A DNA stretch of 64,000 bases from an uncultured Candidatus Binatia bacterium (lineage in GTDB: Bacteria; Desulfobacterota; Binatia; UBA9968; CAXXLF01): assembly GCA_965218425.1 (NCBI GenBank), contig OZ244621.1, positions 4,186,613 through 4,250,612 of the forward strand, read 5' to 3'. The stretch's first letter is position 1. Every line of letters begins with the position of its first letter. The notes beneath the pieces are model-generated. The model had not been told where the DNA came from and searched no databases. It worked only from the letters and a program-made list of their open reading frames with translations. Position numbers and translations under genes: made by a program. Shown piece after piece: positions 8,120 to 17,031 of the stretch.

Positions 8120-8460
8120 GCTTTCCCTCTGCTTGTTGTTCATCTCGATTTACGTATTTTGCCTTTTTCCTTTTAACGTGTACTTTTTCTCATCTCATTC
8201 TCATCAATTCTCGATCCTTTATCCTCAATCTTCGGCTCGTTCCCCGAATTCTCTATCCCCTACTCCCTTGTTCTAGTCCTTTGCTCTTTTTTCCTTTGAT
8301 TACGAGCACGAACACGTCCTTTCCCCTTGTCCATCGTCCCGTAGTCCAGCTGTCTTTCCCGCTCTATGCTTCTTTCCCTCTCTCCCTAACACTCAACACT
8401 TAACACCTCTCCGCCTACACCCAACCCTCTAATCCCTGGTCTTATCACTTTGCGCCCCTG
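8120..8460 (+). repeat. Pyrimidine-rich mosaic intergenic repeat, copy B (largest)
   Basis: 46 of 60 bases are pyrimidines at 8221-8280 (hand count). Contains TCGATCCTTTATCCTC, CTATCCCCTACTCCC, CCTTTGATTACGAGCACGAACACG, GTAGTCC, TAACACTCAACACTTAACAC (8387-8406), CCTACACCC. Confidence 0.65.
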
Positions 8461-8464
8461 TCAA

Positions 8465-8519
8465 GCCATCAAATAATCTAACCCTAGCCGGGTTCGTTGC
8501 GTCATGACAAAATCTAACC
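8465..8519. repeat. Left terminal inverted repeat of the IS
   Basis: GCCATCAAATAATCTAACCCTAGCCGGGTTCGTTGCGTCATGACAAAATCTAACC aligns with the reverse complement of 9840-9894 at roughly 40 of 55 positions. Carries two AATCTAACC boxes. Confidence 0.7.
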
Positions 8520-9803
8520 GAACTTCTGTGACATCTGTCGTTTTATCTCCTGTTGCTGGCCCTGCAGTTTCTTGCTAAACGTCCACTCCCTCCACGGCGT
8601 GTGTTTCAGAGGCGGCCTTTCCCGCGGTGCTCTGTCTGAATGGCTGGCCAGCTTGTAGAGCCCCTGAAGTTGCTCATCGATTCGGCCACAGAGCTCAAAG
8701 GGATCGGTTGTCTTAAGCGTGTGACTGAGGGCTGCCAGCTTTTTGGGATCTCCCTTTCGGGACTCCACCACTCGCTCAAGGGGGCTACGGGGCATGTCAT
8801 AGCGGCGAATCAGTCGAGAGCCTTTACGGATTTTACATTGTAGCTTCATCGAGGGCTGGAACAGATTGTGGAAGATCCTAAGCTCATCATAGAGTCGGTT
8901 GGTAACCTCTAAGGCCTTTGCCGTGTCGTAGCGGTCCCAGCCTATAAGCTTTCTGACATGGGTCCAGTTTTTCTGCTCGATGTGGGCGTTGTCGTCCTTT
9001 TTGTAGGGGCGTGAGCGGGTGAACTGGATGACGCGGCCAGATGGGCGTTGTTGACACAAGGTAAGAAGTTGGTTGTTGATGAACTCGCTGCCGTTGTCGG
9101 AGTCGATCCCCTTGAGGGGGAAAGGAAGTTGGTGTTCGATCTCGGTGACCGCATTCAAGATACCGAGGCTGCCCTTACCCATGACAGCCTTGCGCTGTAC
9201 CCAGCAGGTGGTAATGTCCACGCAGTCCAGGCTATGAATAAACTCCCCAACCGCTGAGGCCCCTGAGTGTAACACCAGGTCAATCTCCAGATAGCCCGGA
9301 GTGTTCACGTCCCAATGATCGGTCTTGATGGGAATCATCTGCTTTAGCAGTGATCCGGGCCGGGTGGTGCCATAGACTCGCCGTTTCGCCCTGTGCTTGG
9401 TTGCCCTCAGGCGCCGATCCATCTGACGGGCACTGATAGCCAATAGCTGGATCTCTAACGGTTGGCTCAGCTCGAAGTGTTGCCTTATCCAGGGCAGCCA
9501 GTGCACCAGGGCGGCCTTCAGACGTTGGGAGCACAGATACCCCGAGGCCTCCCACACCTTTGCCAAAATCCTTACCATCGCCTGACTGTATGCAGGCGAG
9601 CGAGATACACTTCGTTTGCGTACGGCTACTTCGGGCACAGGGCGGTTTAACAGCCAGATGGCATATTTACGGTTGTAGCCGCAAACCTTGCAGAATTGCT
9701 CCAGGATCATCCCCTTCTCCGCCCGTGGTGCGTGCTGGTAGCGGTCATAGATGGATCGTAAATACTCCCGCTTGGATCGTCGTGCCATGATGAATCCTTC
9801 CAT
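8514..9803 (-). CDS. DDE transposase (integrase catalytic core, rve)
   Basis: MEGFIMARRSKREYLRSIYDRYQHAPRAEKGMILEQFCKVCGYNRKYAIWLL. Catalytic residues in YLEIDLVLH, GIDSDNGSEFIN, DNAHIEQKNW. AGGAGG lies 6 nt before ATG 9803. Confidence 0.85.
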   Translation of the reverse strand: MEGFIMARRSKREYLRSIYDRYQHAPRAEKGMILEQFCKVCGYNRKYAIWLLNRPVPEVAVRKRSVSRSPAYSQAMVRILAKVWEASGYLCSQRLKAALVHWLPWIRQHFELSQPLEIQLLAISARQMDRRLRATKHRAKRRVYGTTRPGSLLKQMIPIKTDHWDVNTPGYLEIDLVLHSGASAVGEFIHSLDCVDITTCWVQRKAVMGKGSLGILNAVTEIEHQLPFPLKGIDSDNGSEFINNQLLTLCQQRPSGRVIQFTRSRPYKKDDNAHIEQKNWTHVRKLIGWDRYDTAKALEVTNRLYDELRIFHNLFQPSMKLQCKIRKGSRLIRRYDMPRSPLERVVESRKGDPKKLAALSHTLKTTDPFELCGRIDEQLQGLYKLASHSDRAPRERPPLKHTPWREWTFSKKLQGQQQEIKRQMSQKFG

Positions 9804-9839
9804 GGTTGCCCTCCTTGAGCCCTAAAATGAGCCCTTGGA

Positions 9840-9894
9840 GGGTTAGAATTACAAATGGCGCAACGAATGGTCTTAGGGTTAGATTATACATGGC
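9840..9894. repeat. Right terminal inverted repeat of the IS
   Basis: The reverse complement reads GCCATGTATAATCTAACCCTAAGACCATTCGTTGCGCCATTTGTAATTCTAACCC. Confidence 0.7.
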
Positions 9895-9987
9895 GCAATA
9901 CGGCGCCTTGACCTCATGAACCTTATGGAATACCCTTGATCCGAAGTTGGCGCAGGGTCGGAGGACTCATTGAAGGGAGGGAACTCC

Positions 9988-10890
9988 ATGAGCATGAGAC
10001 TCGTTTTGGAAACCACGGCTCCTTTCCAGGGGCTACCAGAATTGGTGGCTCATAAGGAGGGATTGTTCGCCGCCGAGGGGTTGGAGGTGGAGTTTGTCAA
10101 AAGAGGCGAGAACGCACCCACAAAGGTGGACCCCACCATCACAAGCCACACCGCCGCTAACGCGTTCGGGAGCCATGGAAGCAGTGCGGAGCAGGGGAAA
10201 GCGGCCATGTTCAACGCCTGCGAGTGGGGCAACTATTGCCGTGTGGAGCAGTCCTCTACTGGCGGCCGCCAGCTGGGCCGTCGAGCCATCGTCACTTACG
10301 GTGCCATCGCAGTTGCGCCGGATTCCGATATTTATACGCCCCAACAGCTTGCGCACAAAACCGTGGGTGTGCCCTACTACGCCGGTACTCACTACCTCGC
10401 AATGCTAATGTTGGAAGGGTTCCTCCCGCGGGAGGCAGTCAAGACCTGCCTTGCGCCCAACGGCGCCAAGCTTCGATTGGCTGCCCTGCTGAACGACGAA
10501 ATGGACGCTACCACCATCACCGAGCCCTACATCACCGTCGCCGAGCGCAAGGGCTGCCGCATCGTTGTGGAGGCCCCCTATCACGGAACCGAGGTGGCCA
10601 GTCCGTCGGTGGACGGAGCAACCTACGCTGCCTTCAACCGCGCCGTACGGGAAGCGGTTCATCGTATCAACACCAACAAGCGAAAGTACCTCCAATATTT
10701 TATCGACCATCACAAGGCCGACCCAGACGTGGCGGCGCTCAACGTGGACGATTTGCGGCCTTCGCGGCTGATTGTCGTAGAGCCCGGCCCCATCCCAGAG
10801 GACGAGTTGCAGCGAACCTACGAGTGGATGCGTGGTTGGAATTTGCTGGGGGAGATGGACTGGCGGTCCCTGGTTGCCAATCGCCAGTAA
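9988..10890 (+). CDS. NMT1/THI5-like (NitT/TauT-type substrate-binding fold) protein without signal peptide
   Basis: The ORF is open from 9970 (TTG), but GAAGGGAGGG lies 6 nt before ATG 9988. MSMRLVLETTAPFQGLPELVAHKEGLFAAEGLEVEFVKRG...GVPYYAGTHYLAMLMLEG resembles the NMT1/SsuA-like fold. Confidence 0.6.
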   Translation: MSMRLVLETTAPFQGLPELVAHKEGLFAAEGLEVEFVKRGENAPTKVDPTITSHTAANAFGSHGSSAEQGKAAMFNACEWGNYCRVEQSSTGGRQLGRRAIVTYGAIAVAPDSDIYTPQQLAHKTVGVPYYAGTHYLAMLMLEGFLPREAVKTCLAPNGAKLRLAALLNDEMDATTITEPYITVAERKGCRIVVEAPYHGTEVASPSVDGATYAAFNRAVREAVHRINTNKRKYLQYFIDHHKADPDVAALNVDDLRPSRLIVVEPGPIPEDELQRTYEWMRGWNLLGEMDWRSLVANRQ

Positions 10891-11711
10891 CACGTCTCCC
10901 GCAGCTCGGCTACCATCCACCCCGGTCATCAGAGGTGGAGATCAAAGACTTAACCATGGGCTCAATAATCATCTTGTTGGTGGCGTTGGTGTTGCCTTGT
11001 GCGGCTAATGCCACCGGACTCAAACGTTGTATAGACCGCAGGTAACAGCATCAGCAAGCCAAACTCAATGTCTTGAGGTCCGGCCGGCGGCCTGAGCGCA
11101 TCGATAAAATGCATATGCCGCCCCTAGCGCAGGCGGTCCTCGAGATTTACAATGTGGCCTTTAGTCCGAAGTAGGCAAAGTTAGAAGTATGGCCGGGTCC
11201 TCGAAAAGAGGCGTCCCTCTTTACTCAGTGGACTTCGCGGCGGCCACGCATCGAGCACGAAGTTTCAGATTACGCTACCCCATGAGCCCGGTAGGTAGTG
11301 TTGGGAGGTTAGCTTTAGACAGACCGACGATGGTCGTATGATCCCGGGGGAGCCAAAAAAGCTTTGTACCTTACTGAAAACAAAACCAATAACCTGCTCT
11401 TCCGCAGAAGTGACCCCAAATCCTTCAGTACTAAATTGCTGCTGTCACTTCCATCTCCAACAGGCTTGTGTCCCCGGCAAATCCGTCCACGAAGACGAAT
11501 TCAAGCTGAGGCACTTCAGCTCTGTTCGCTTTCTTGAGAACCCCCTGGAGTGTCTCCAACCTCTGAGTGCGACTGAGATGCGAAAATTTATATATAGTTA
11601 TACCCGGTTAAGGTGAGATCAAATGACTGGTCGTGCGGCCCACTATGCCAACGGCAGATTAAGCTTCAACCATTCCGCACAACCTTCCAGCTATAAAATA
11701 TCTAAATCAAT

Positions 11712-12815
11712 CTACCTCAGGCCCAGCAGCTTGAAGTAGAAAGTTTCAGATTTTTTCAGCACCTCTTCGGTAAAGATCTTGGAGATCTCATCCGGCGGTG
11801 GGATATCTGCGTTTTCAATTGTGGCTCCCTGTTTGGCCAACCAGTCCATCAACCTGCCCTGCTTGGCCTTTTTGTTTAGCGGAAAATTAGCGCCTACCTT
11901 GTCCGTGTGCTCGAATTGTCCTTCCGGCGAAGTCATGTAATCAATAAACAACCAGGCGGCCGCCGGGTGAGACGCGTACTTGGGCACCGATAGGGTGCGG
12001 TACCCGCCATGAAACTTGGGAAAAGCGATAATGCCGATGGGCGCCTTTTTGAGGGCGAGACGCACAGGAGGGCCCGGGGCTACAAACCAGAAGGCTTCCA
12101 GTTCGCCGGAAGCAATACGATTCATTCCGCCCCTATACCCACGAGCCACCAGTGGCTTCTGATTCTTAACGAGTTTCTCAAAGAAGTCGAAGGCTCGCTT
12201 CCAGTTGAGCTTCCTGTTTTCGCGCCACAGCCAGGCAAGGTTGGCAGGGATCTCTTCACTTGAGCGAGAGAGCAGGGCTTTCCCATTCCATCGAGGATTG
12301 AGCATATCCTCCCAGGACCTCGCAACCTCATGGCGAGGAACAAGGTCCGTATTGTACGCCCCTTGAAACCGGGGGAAGGAGGTCATGGCCACGTAAAGTC
12401 CATGGGAAGGCTGACTATTCGGAAAAAAATCTTTTAAATGAGGGAACGTCATTTTCTGCACGATACGGCGTCTTGCCAGTGTCTCGCCTCCATCGTCGCC
12501 CACATGGACCACATCAATACTGGATTTTTTGACGCGATTTTCCAAAAACACTCTATTGATGGTGTCTCTAGTATTGGAAGGTCGCGCCTGGACTTTGAGA
12601 AAGGGATACCTTTTTCGAAACCCTTTGAACTCATCGCGCCATTGATCCACCTGGCTTCCGGCAAGTACCACCCTTCCCTCTTTTTTTGCCTGAGCGGTCA
12701 TTTTATCTCGAAGAGACTCAGCTCTCGCATGAGTACCAACGACCGGTAACAACACAAAAGAAAGAATAAGGACCAGGGCAATTAGCCTGGAACTAATAAA
12801 TTTTGTCGCTCCCAT
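11712..12815 (-). CDS. ABC transporter substrate-binding protein (family-1, Fe3+/polyamine-type fold), paralog 1
   Basis: Signal peptide MGATKFISSRLIALVLILSFVLLPVVGTHARA. AAGGAGG lies 9 nt before the ATG. Paralogous to 17032-18159, 39192-40407, 50034-51353 and 57971-59173. Confidence 0.8.
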   Translation of the reverse strand: MGATKFISSRLIALVLILSFVLLPVVGTHARAESLRDKMTAQAKKEGRVVLAGSQVDQWRDEFKGFRKRYPFLKVQARPSNTRDTINRVFLENRVKKSSIDVVHVGDDGGETLARRRIVQKMTFPHLKDFFPNSQPSHGLYVAMTSFPRFQGAYNTDLVPRHEVARSWEDMLNPRWNGKALLSRSSEEIPANLAWLWRENRKLNWKRAFDFFEKLVKNQKPLVARGYRGGMNRIASGELEAFWFVAPGPPVRLALKKAPIGIIAFPKFHGGYRTLSVPKYASHPAAAWLFIDYMTSPEGQFEHTDKVGANFPLNKKAKQGRLMDWLAKQGATIENADIPPPDEISKIFTEEVLKKSETFYFKLLGLR

Positions 12816-13041
12816 AGGGCCGATCCTCCTTTTGGAATGTGTTTCCCAAGTCTCTTTTACACCCTTATCTTGAGTACGTTTAAATCTAACTAAACCTCGC
12901 GGTTACGCACTGCCCACTCTGGCAGGGTCCCGCGCAACTGTCAAGGTACGAGTATGTGGAGATGTTTCCAAAGTTTCAATTTTACCGCCCTAAAAGCCAT
13001 GGTGTTCCTTCTTTATTTTAGTGCGAAGGATCGAGTGCACG

Positions 13042-13160
13042 TCGCTTACTATCCCTCACCTTCCTCGCTTAAGACTTAACACTGTTGTCGCCGCCTTCTG
13101 CCCGTCTCCCTCCCTGCCCTCTGCTCCCTGGTTGTCAGTAGTCCTGTGGTCATCTGTTTG
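13042..13160 (+). repeat. Pyrimidine-rich mosaic intergenic repeat, copy C
   Basis: CGCTTACTATCCC, GACTTAACACTG, CCCTCCCTGCCCTCTGCTCCC, CAGTAGTCCTGTGGTC. Confidence 0.55.
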
Positions 13161-13528
13161 AAGAAGGGATATGATCGTCGTAACTGGTGGGGCGCCACCA
13201 CCAGCGGGATCCGAGTATTTCTGTGGGTGCGAAGGCCCGGTAAAGAGCCGTATGGAGTTCGATGCTGATAACAAGGTTACTCGAATTGAGATCCTCGAAG
13301 GCCCTTTTTTTAGCGTGACGTCGCAGAGAGCACGCTTATGGGTCCAGCAAAGGGCACAGCAAGAAACCCATGGCAGAACTAAAATAGCATAGCAGGGAAG
13401 GCGGGGCATAAAGCCATATATTCATGTTTGACTTGACCCGCAGCTGACAGTCGAGGTAAAAATCGATGCTCCTAGTCTGTCAGTTGAAAGAGGGACGAGA
13501 AACCGTAGAGGCCTGCTCCGCCGCCCGT

Positions 13529-13969
13529 TTACAATCGAAACCACTCCAGCAGCATTGGTTGTGGAAAGGGAATGACAAAAATATAACCTAGCAAATAGAT
13601 CACGCTCCCCAGGACCACCCCTACCAGCAACCCAAGCAACCAACGACGCGTTTCCAGCGTAATGTAGAGCCAGGGGAACATGACGGCCATTGTGACGAAG
13701 CCAGCCAATACGATTATACAGAGGGCAAACACCGCTCCTCCTACGATTAGGGCGAGCCGACGTGCTTCTTGCTGAAATTCATGCCAATGCAGGCGGGGAA
13801 CGGACGGATCCACAATGATTCTTATTCCTGCGATGGTGACCAGGACCAATAGAACAGAGCCGATCGACCATGGCACTAGACTGGCAATCTTTCCGTGGGA
13901 AAAACCAGCGCCAATAAAAACCAATGTGAGGACTAAAATTGCCAGTAGGAATAAATTTTCGGCTTTCAT
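13529..13969 (-). CDS. tctB: Tripartite tricarboxylate transporter small membrane subunit (TctB family)
   Basis: Start set at ATG 13969 (MKAENLFLLAILVLTLVFIGAGFS...), 7 nt after the tctA stop with GGAG in between. Four predicted hydrophobic helices. The longer ORF to 14086 overlaps tctA out of frame. Confidence 0.7.
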   Translation of the reverse strand: MKAENLFLLAILVLTLVFIGAGFSHGKIASLVPWSIGSVLLVLVTIAGIRIIVDPSVPRLHWHEFQQEARRLALIVGGAVFALCIIVLAGFVTMAVMFPWLYITLETRRWLLGLLVGVVLGSVIYLLGYIFVIPFPQPMLLEWFRL

Positions 13970-13976
13970 ACTCCGC

Positions 13977-15461
13977 TCATGACTTCCTTCGCAAAAGACT
14001 AAGCACGGGTCGGTACACGAGCATGGACAAACACAGGATAACGAGAATCCAAGCAATGGGGGAAGAAAACATAAACAAGGGCCCAAAGGCTGCCTGTGCT
14101 AATTTATAATTTCGCTCCGCGAGGCCACCCAGAATAAAACCAAGCAGGAAGGTCGCCTTGCTGTAACCAAACTTGCTCATGGCGTAGCCAAAGAAACTGA
14201 ACAGAAACAGCACCAAGTAGTGTCCCAACTCTTGTGAGGCCAAATAGGTACTGAGGAATGCAAAAACCAAAAGCGTCGGGGCCAGAATGTAACCTGGGAA
14301 ATAGGCTAAACGGGCAATGTGTGAAGCCAACAATCCAACACCCAAAGCGGCCAGGGCGTTGCCCCAGATGATAATCCAAAGCAAGGTGAAGGAAATCTCA
14401 GGGAACTTCCAAAGCATTCCTGGTCCGGCGGGTAATCCAGCAAGCATGAAAGCGCCAATCAAGATCGCCCAGGTGGCACTTCCTGGTACCCCAAATGCCA
14501 CGGTGGTCAAGAAACCGCTGGCCTCCCCCGATTCGTTTGATGTTTCAGTGGCTATTACCCCTTCCACGCATCCCTTACCGAACTCCTGCGCACGGCCCGA
14601 AGTTTGTCTGGCGTGCCCATAGGCCAGCCAGATCCCAACCACGGATCCGACCCCGGGGATGAGTCCTGTGAAACATCCGATAGCGGTAGCCCTCAACCAG
14701 AGCCCAAAATGGCGGAAGAGGTCTTTGACTCCTTCCAACATGTCACTGAAGGGAAGATGAATTGGTGCGTCCCGGCTCGTCTTAAAAGAAGGTTCCAAAG
14801 CGAGTTCGATTGCCGCAGGAACCGTAAATATCCCCATGACCACGGGGATAATGGGAACACCTTCCAACAGGTAGGTTTGGCCAAAGGAAAAGCGATAGAC
14901 ACCCGAATAAGCATGAAAGCCAACCGTCGAAAGCAGCAAACCTAAAAACCCGGCAATGAGAGCCCTGAGTGGATTTTCTCGGCCTAACTCCGCAATAAAC
15001 AGGATACCAAGCAGGATGACCAGGAAGATCTCGGGCGATCTGAAAGAAAAAACTAAAGGGCGGATCACAGGAACGAGCGGCAGGATCATGAATCCTCCAA
15101 CCAAGCCACCCAAGCCCGAGGACGCCATGGCCGCCCCTACGGCCCTGGCCCCCTGGCCTTTTTGTGTCATTGGATAACCCTCTATGATAGTGGCTACATT
15201 GGTTACTGTCCCCGGCACGCCAAACAAGATGGAAGTGACGGCACCACCAATGGAACTCGCCACAGTGAGAGCGGCAAGAAAACTCAACCCTTACTCAGGA
15301 GGCAAGACAAAGGCCAGTGGTAATACCAAGCCGTAGATGTGAAATGCACCGATGCCTGGAATGGCCCCTAAAACGGCGCTAATGACGAGGCCAGCCAAGA
15401 CAAAAGGAAAGATATGCAGTTGGAACGGCGCAATAATGCCGTGAAGAAACGCTTCAAGCAT
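13977..15461 (-). pseudogene. tctA: TctA-family large permease interrupted by one in-frame TAA
   Basis: ATG at 15461 gives MLEAFLHGIIAPFQLHIFPFVLAGLVISAVLGAIPGIGAFHIYGLVLPLAFVLPPE, then TAA (15291-15293). The same frame continues GLSFLAALTVASSIGGAVTSILFGVPGTVTN... to 13977. Collinear residue-for-residue with the intact paralog 43262-44755; the stop replaces residue 57. Confidence 0.8.
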
Positions 15462-15505
15462 CTAATGTCAAAGGGAGTTGGGTTGAGCCGGTCTTTCCTG
15501 CGCCT

Positions 15506-16585
15506 CTATGGTACGTAACTATTGACCAAACCGGCAAGCCACTTCAGGTCTTTTTCGCCAATGCGCTGGTTCAACAAGCCTTTTATCCGTTTCTCTGTGG
15601 CGATCCCTCCGGTAAAGTTTTCAATCACTGCGTCTTTCGATCCAATTCGCTTCTGGAAGAGCTCCTGGATCTTGGGATCGGCATAGGTCTCCTCGATGAC
15701 CTGTCTCATGAACTGCACCAGGTGATCTGGCGTCCCTGGTGGCATGACCCAGCAAAAGCCCCCGCTCTGGAGAGACTCCATCCGTTTGGCCCAAGACTTA
15801 TAAGGTTCTTGCCATTTATTCCCGCCCAAGTCCCACCAGGTGGGAATGTCGGGAAAAAGTGGCGCGCGTTTTGCCGCGGTGATTGCAAATATGCGCAGGT
15901 CGCCCTTCTTCAGGGCCTCTCTTTCACGAACCGCAGTTAATGTCGCTGTAGCGCCGTATAAGTCCACCTCTCCCGTTTTCAAAGCGAGGAGACCCGGAGC
16001 AGCTCCACGATAGCCCAGGACAAAACGACACTTTAAACCGAAGTTTTTGCATGCCAATGCATAAGTGACCGGGGTCGTCGAAAATCGGCCTCCGCCTCCT
16101 AGCCTAATGACGGCGGCTTTTTTCAGATCATTGTAGTTTTTATAGGGAAGACTTCCGCGCATGAAGAGTATGTTGCCGATGGGAGAAGCGCTTGACAACC
16201 ACCGGAACTTAGCCAGGTCGTAGTTAACTCCTGGGGCCTTGGTGATCTGATTCCAAAGCACAACAGGTCCGTTAATATGCATCAGGTGCAGGCCTAGTTT
16301 CCTCGATCGAGCAAAGACATTTGCCGAGGCGATGAATCGGCGCAGGTCGCTCTGGATAATCACCGCCTTGGTTCCGGTAACCTTTCGCAAACGGCTACTG
16401 ATGAGGCGCGGGATCAGGTCAAAGGTGCCGCCAGGGGAAGCCGCGACTTTCACGGTAATGGTCTTACCCTTATAAAACTGGCGCGCTTGCTCGGCCGAAC
16501 TTGCCATTTCCTGGCCGTAGGCCCTAACGCTAATCAAAGTAAAAAGTAAAATTGTAGCGCAGACTGATTTCATTAGATGATTCAC
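15506..16585 (-). CDS. tctC: TctC/Bug-family periplasmic substrate-binding protein
   Basis: Start set at GTG 16585 (AGGAGG 6 nt upstream); the ORF is open to 16615. Signal peptide MKSVCATILLFTLISVRAYG, then FYKGKTITVKVAASPGGTFDLIPR, typical of the Bug/TctC N-terminus. Confidence 0.75.
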   Translation of the reverse strand: MNHLMKSVCATILLFTLISVRAYGQEMASSAEQARQFYKGKTITVKVAASPGGTFDLIPRLISSRLRKVTGTKAVIIQSDLRRFIASANVFARSRKLGLHLMHINGPVVLWNQITKAPGVNYDLAKFRWLSSASPIGNILFMRGSLPYKNYNDLKKAAVIRLGGGGRFSTTPVTYALACKNFGLKCRFVLGYRGAAPGLLALKTGEVDLYGATATLTAVREREALKKGDLRIFAITAAKRAPLFPDIPTWWDLGGNKWQEPYKSWAKRMESLQSGGFCWVMPPGTPDHLVQFMRQVIEETYADPKIQELFQKRIGSKDAVIENFTGGIATEKRIKGLLNQRIGEKDLKWLAGLVNSYVP

Positions 16586-16831
16586 AAGATTCCTCCTTTC
16601 TCTCTGTACGCTCACCTCTAAAATCGCCTTGACAATAATTTCATCCCACGCCCATCGCCGAAACTTATTTAATCCAACGGTCTCAGATTACAAGGGAAAC
16701 TATCCGATAATCGGGCCTCATGTCAACCAAAGTGTACTGGATCAGTACGTTCAGGACGACGAAGACTTGACTCCGACGAAACGGAGAAATAGAGAGCTTT
16801 GTAAAGATGACCTAGGGTTGTGTTTTCAGAT

Positions 16832-16860
16832 TTGACTTGACCGGCAGTTATGGGTATTGT
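16832..16860 (+). promoter_or_regulatory. Candidate promoter TTGACT-17 nt-TATTGT for the SBP/amidohydrolase/hydrolase/ADH operon
   Basis: -35 at 16832-16837 and -10 at 16855-16860. The -35 module TTTGACTTGACCGGCAG has an orphan near-identical copy at 13427-13443. Confidence 0.4.
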
Positions 16861-17031
16861 CCACTCAAATGGAAGCGCAGGCAGAGCATTTTTGGAGCCT
16901 GCGGGGCCATGTGAAGGGTCTGCAGTCAGTGGTTGGTACCATAATTTTCAATTTCCGGTGGCTATCTCTCAATGGCAAATTTCGATTAATTTGATGACCA
17001 GTGGGCCGGGATGTTTCAGAAAGGAGTCAAT

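Larger units (their letters stand above)
8465..9894 (-). mobile_element. Insertion sequence with one rve (DDE integrase-core) transposase; possibly ISNCY/IS481-like
   Basis: A single 429-aa transposase ORF is flanked by imperfect ~55-bp inverted repeats (8465-8519 vs 9840-9894). No convincing target-site duplication was seen. Confidence 0.75.

Noticed and set aside
8120-8460. Mosaic repeats as a degenerate CRISPR array
   Set aside because: There is no regular repeat-spacer periodicity, no 24-48 nt unit recurring in tandem, and no cas genes.
10224-11045. 273-aa Arg/Pro/Gly-rich ORF
   Set aside because: It is an out-of-frame overlap with the NMT1-like gene 9988-10890, with shadow-ORF composition. 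Only its last 29 codons (10957-11046) lie outside a real gene.
11338-11616. 92-aa Cys-rich ORF as a real gene
   Set aside because: It has no RBS, no recognisable family, and lies in a region with several broken frames. It is kept only as part of the gene-less-gap finding.
12880-12900. AAATCTAAC resembling the AATCTAACC boxes of the IS ends
   Set aside because: It is a single 9-nt partial match with no second box or terminal motif nearby, so it is indistinguishable from chance.
13171-13392. 73-aa ORF (MIVVTGGAPPPAGSEYFCGCEGPVKSRMEFDADNKVTRIEILEGPFF...) and antisense 117-aa ORF 13056-13409
   Set aside because: They overlap each other and repeat C, and have no RBS or family signature. This may be a relic of a lost gene, but that cannot be supported.
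15291-15293. In-frame TAA in tctA as evidence for stop-codon reassignment or programmed readthrough
   Set aside because: TAA terminates ordinary genes here (for example 5328-5330, 7641-7643). No other gene shows internal TAA, so a simple nonsense mutation or base error is more parsimonious.
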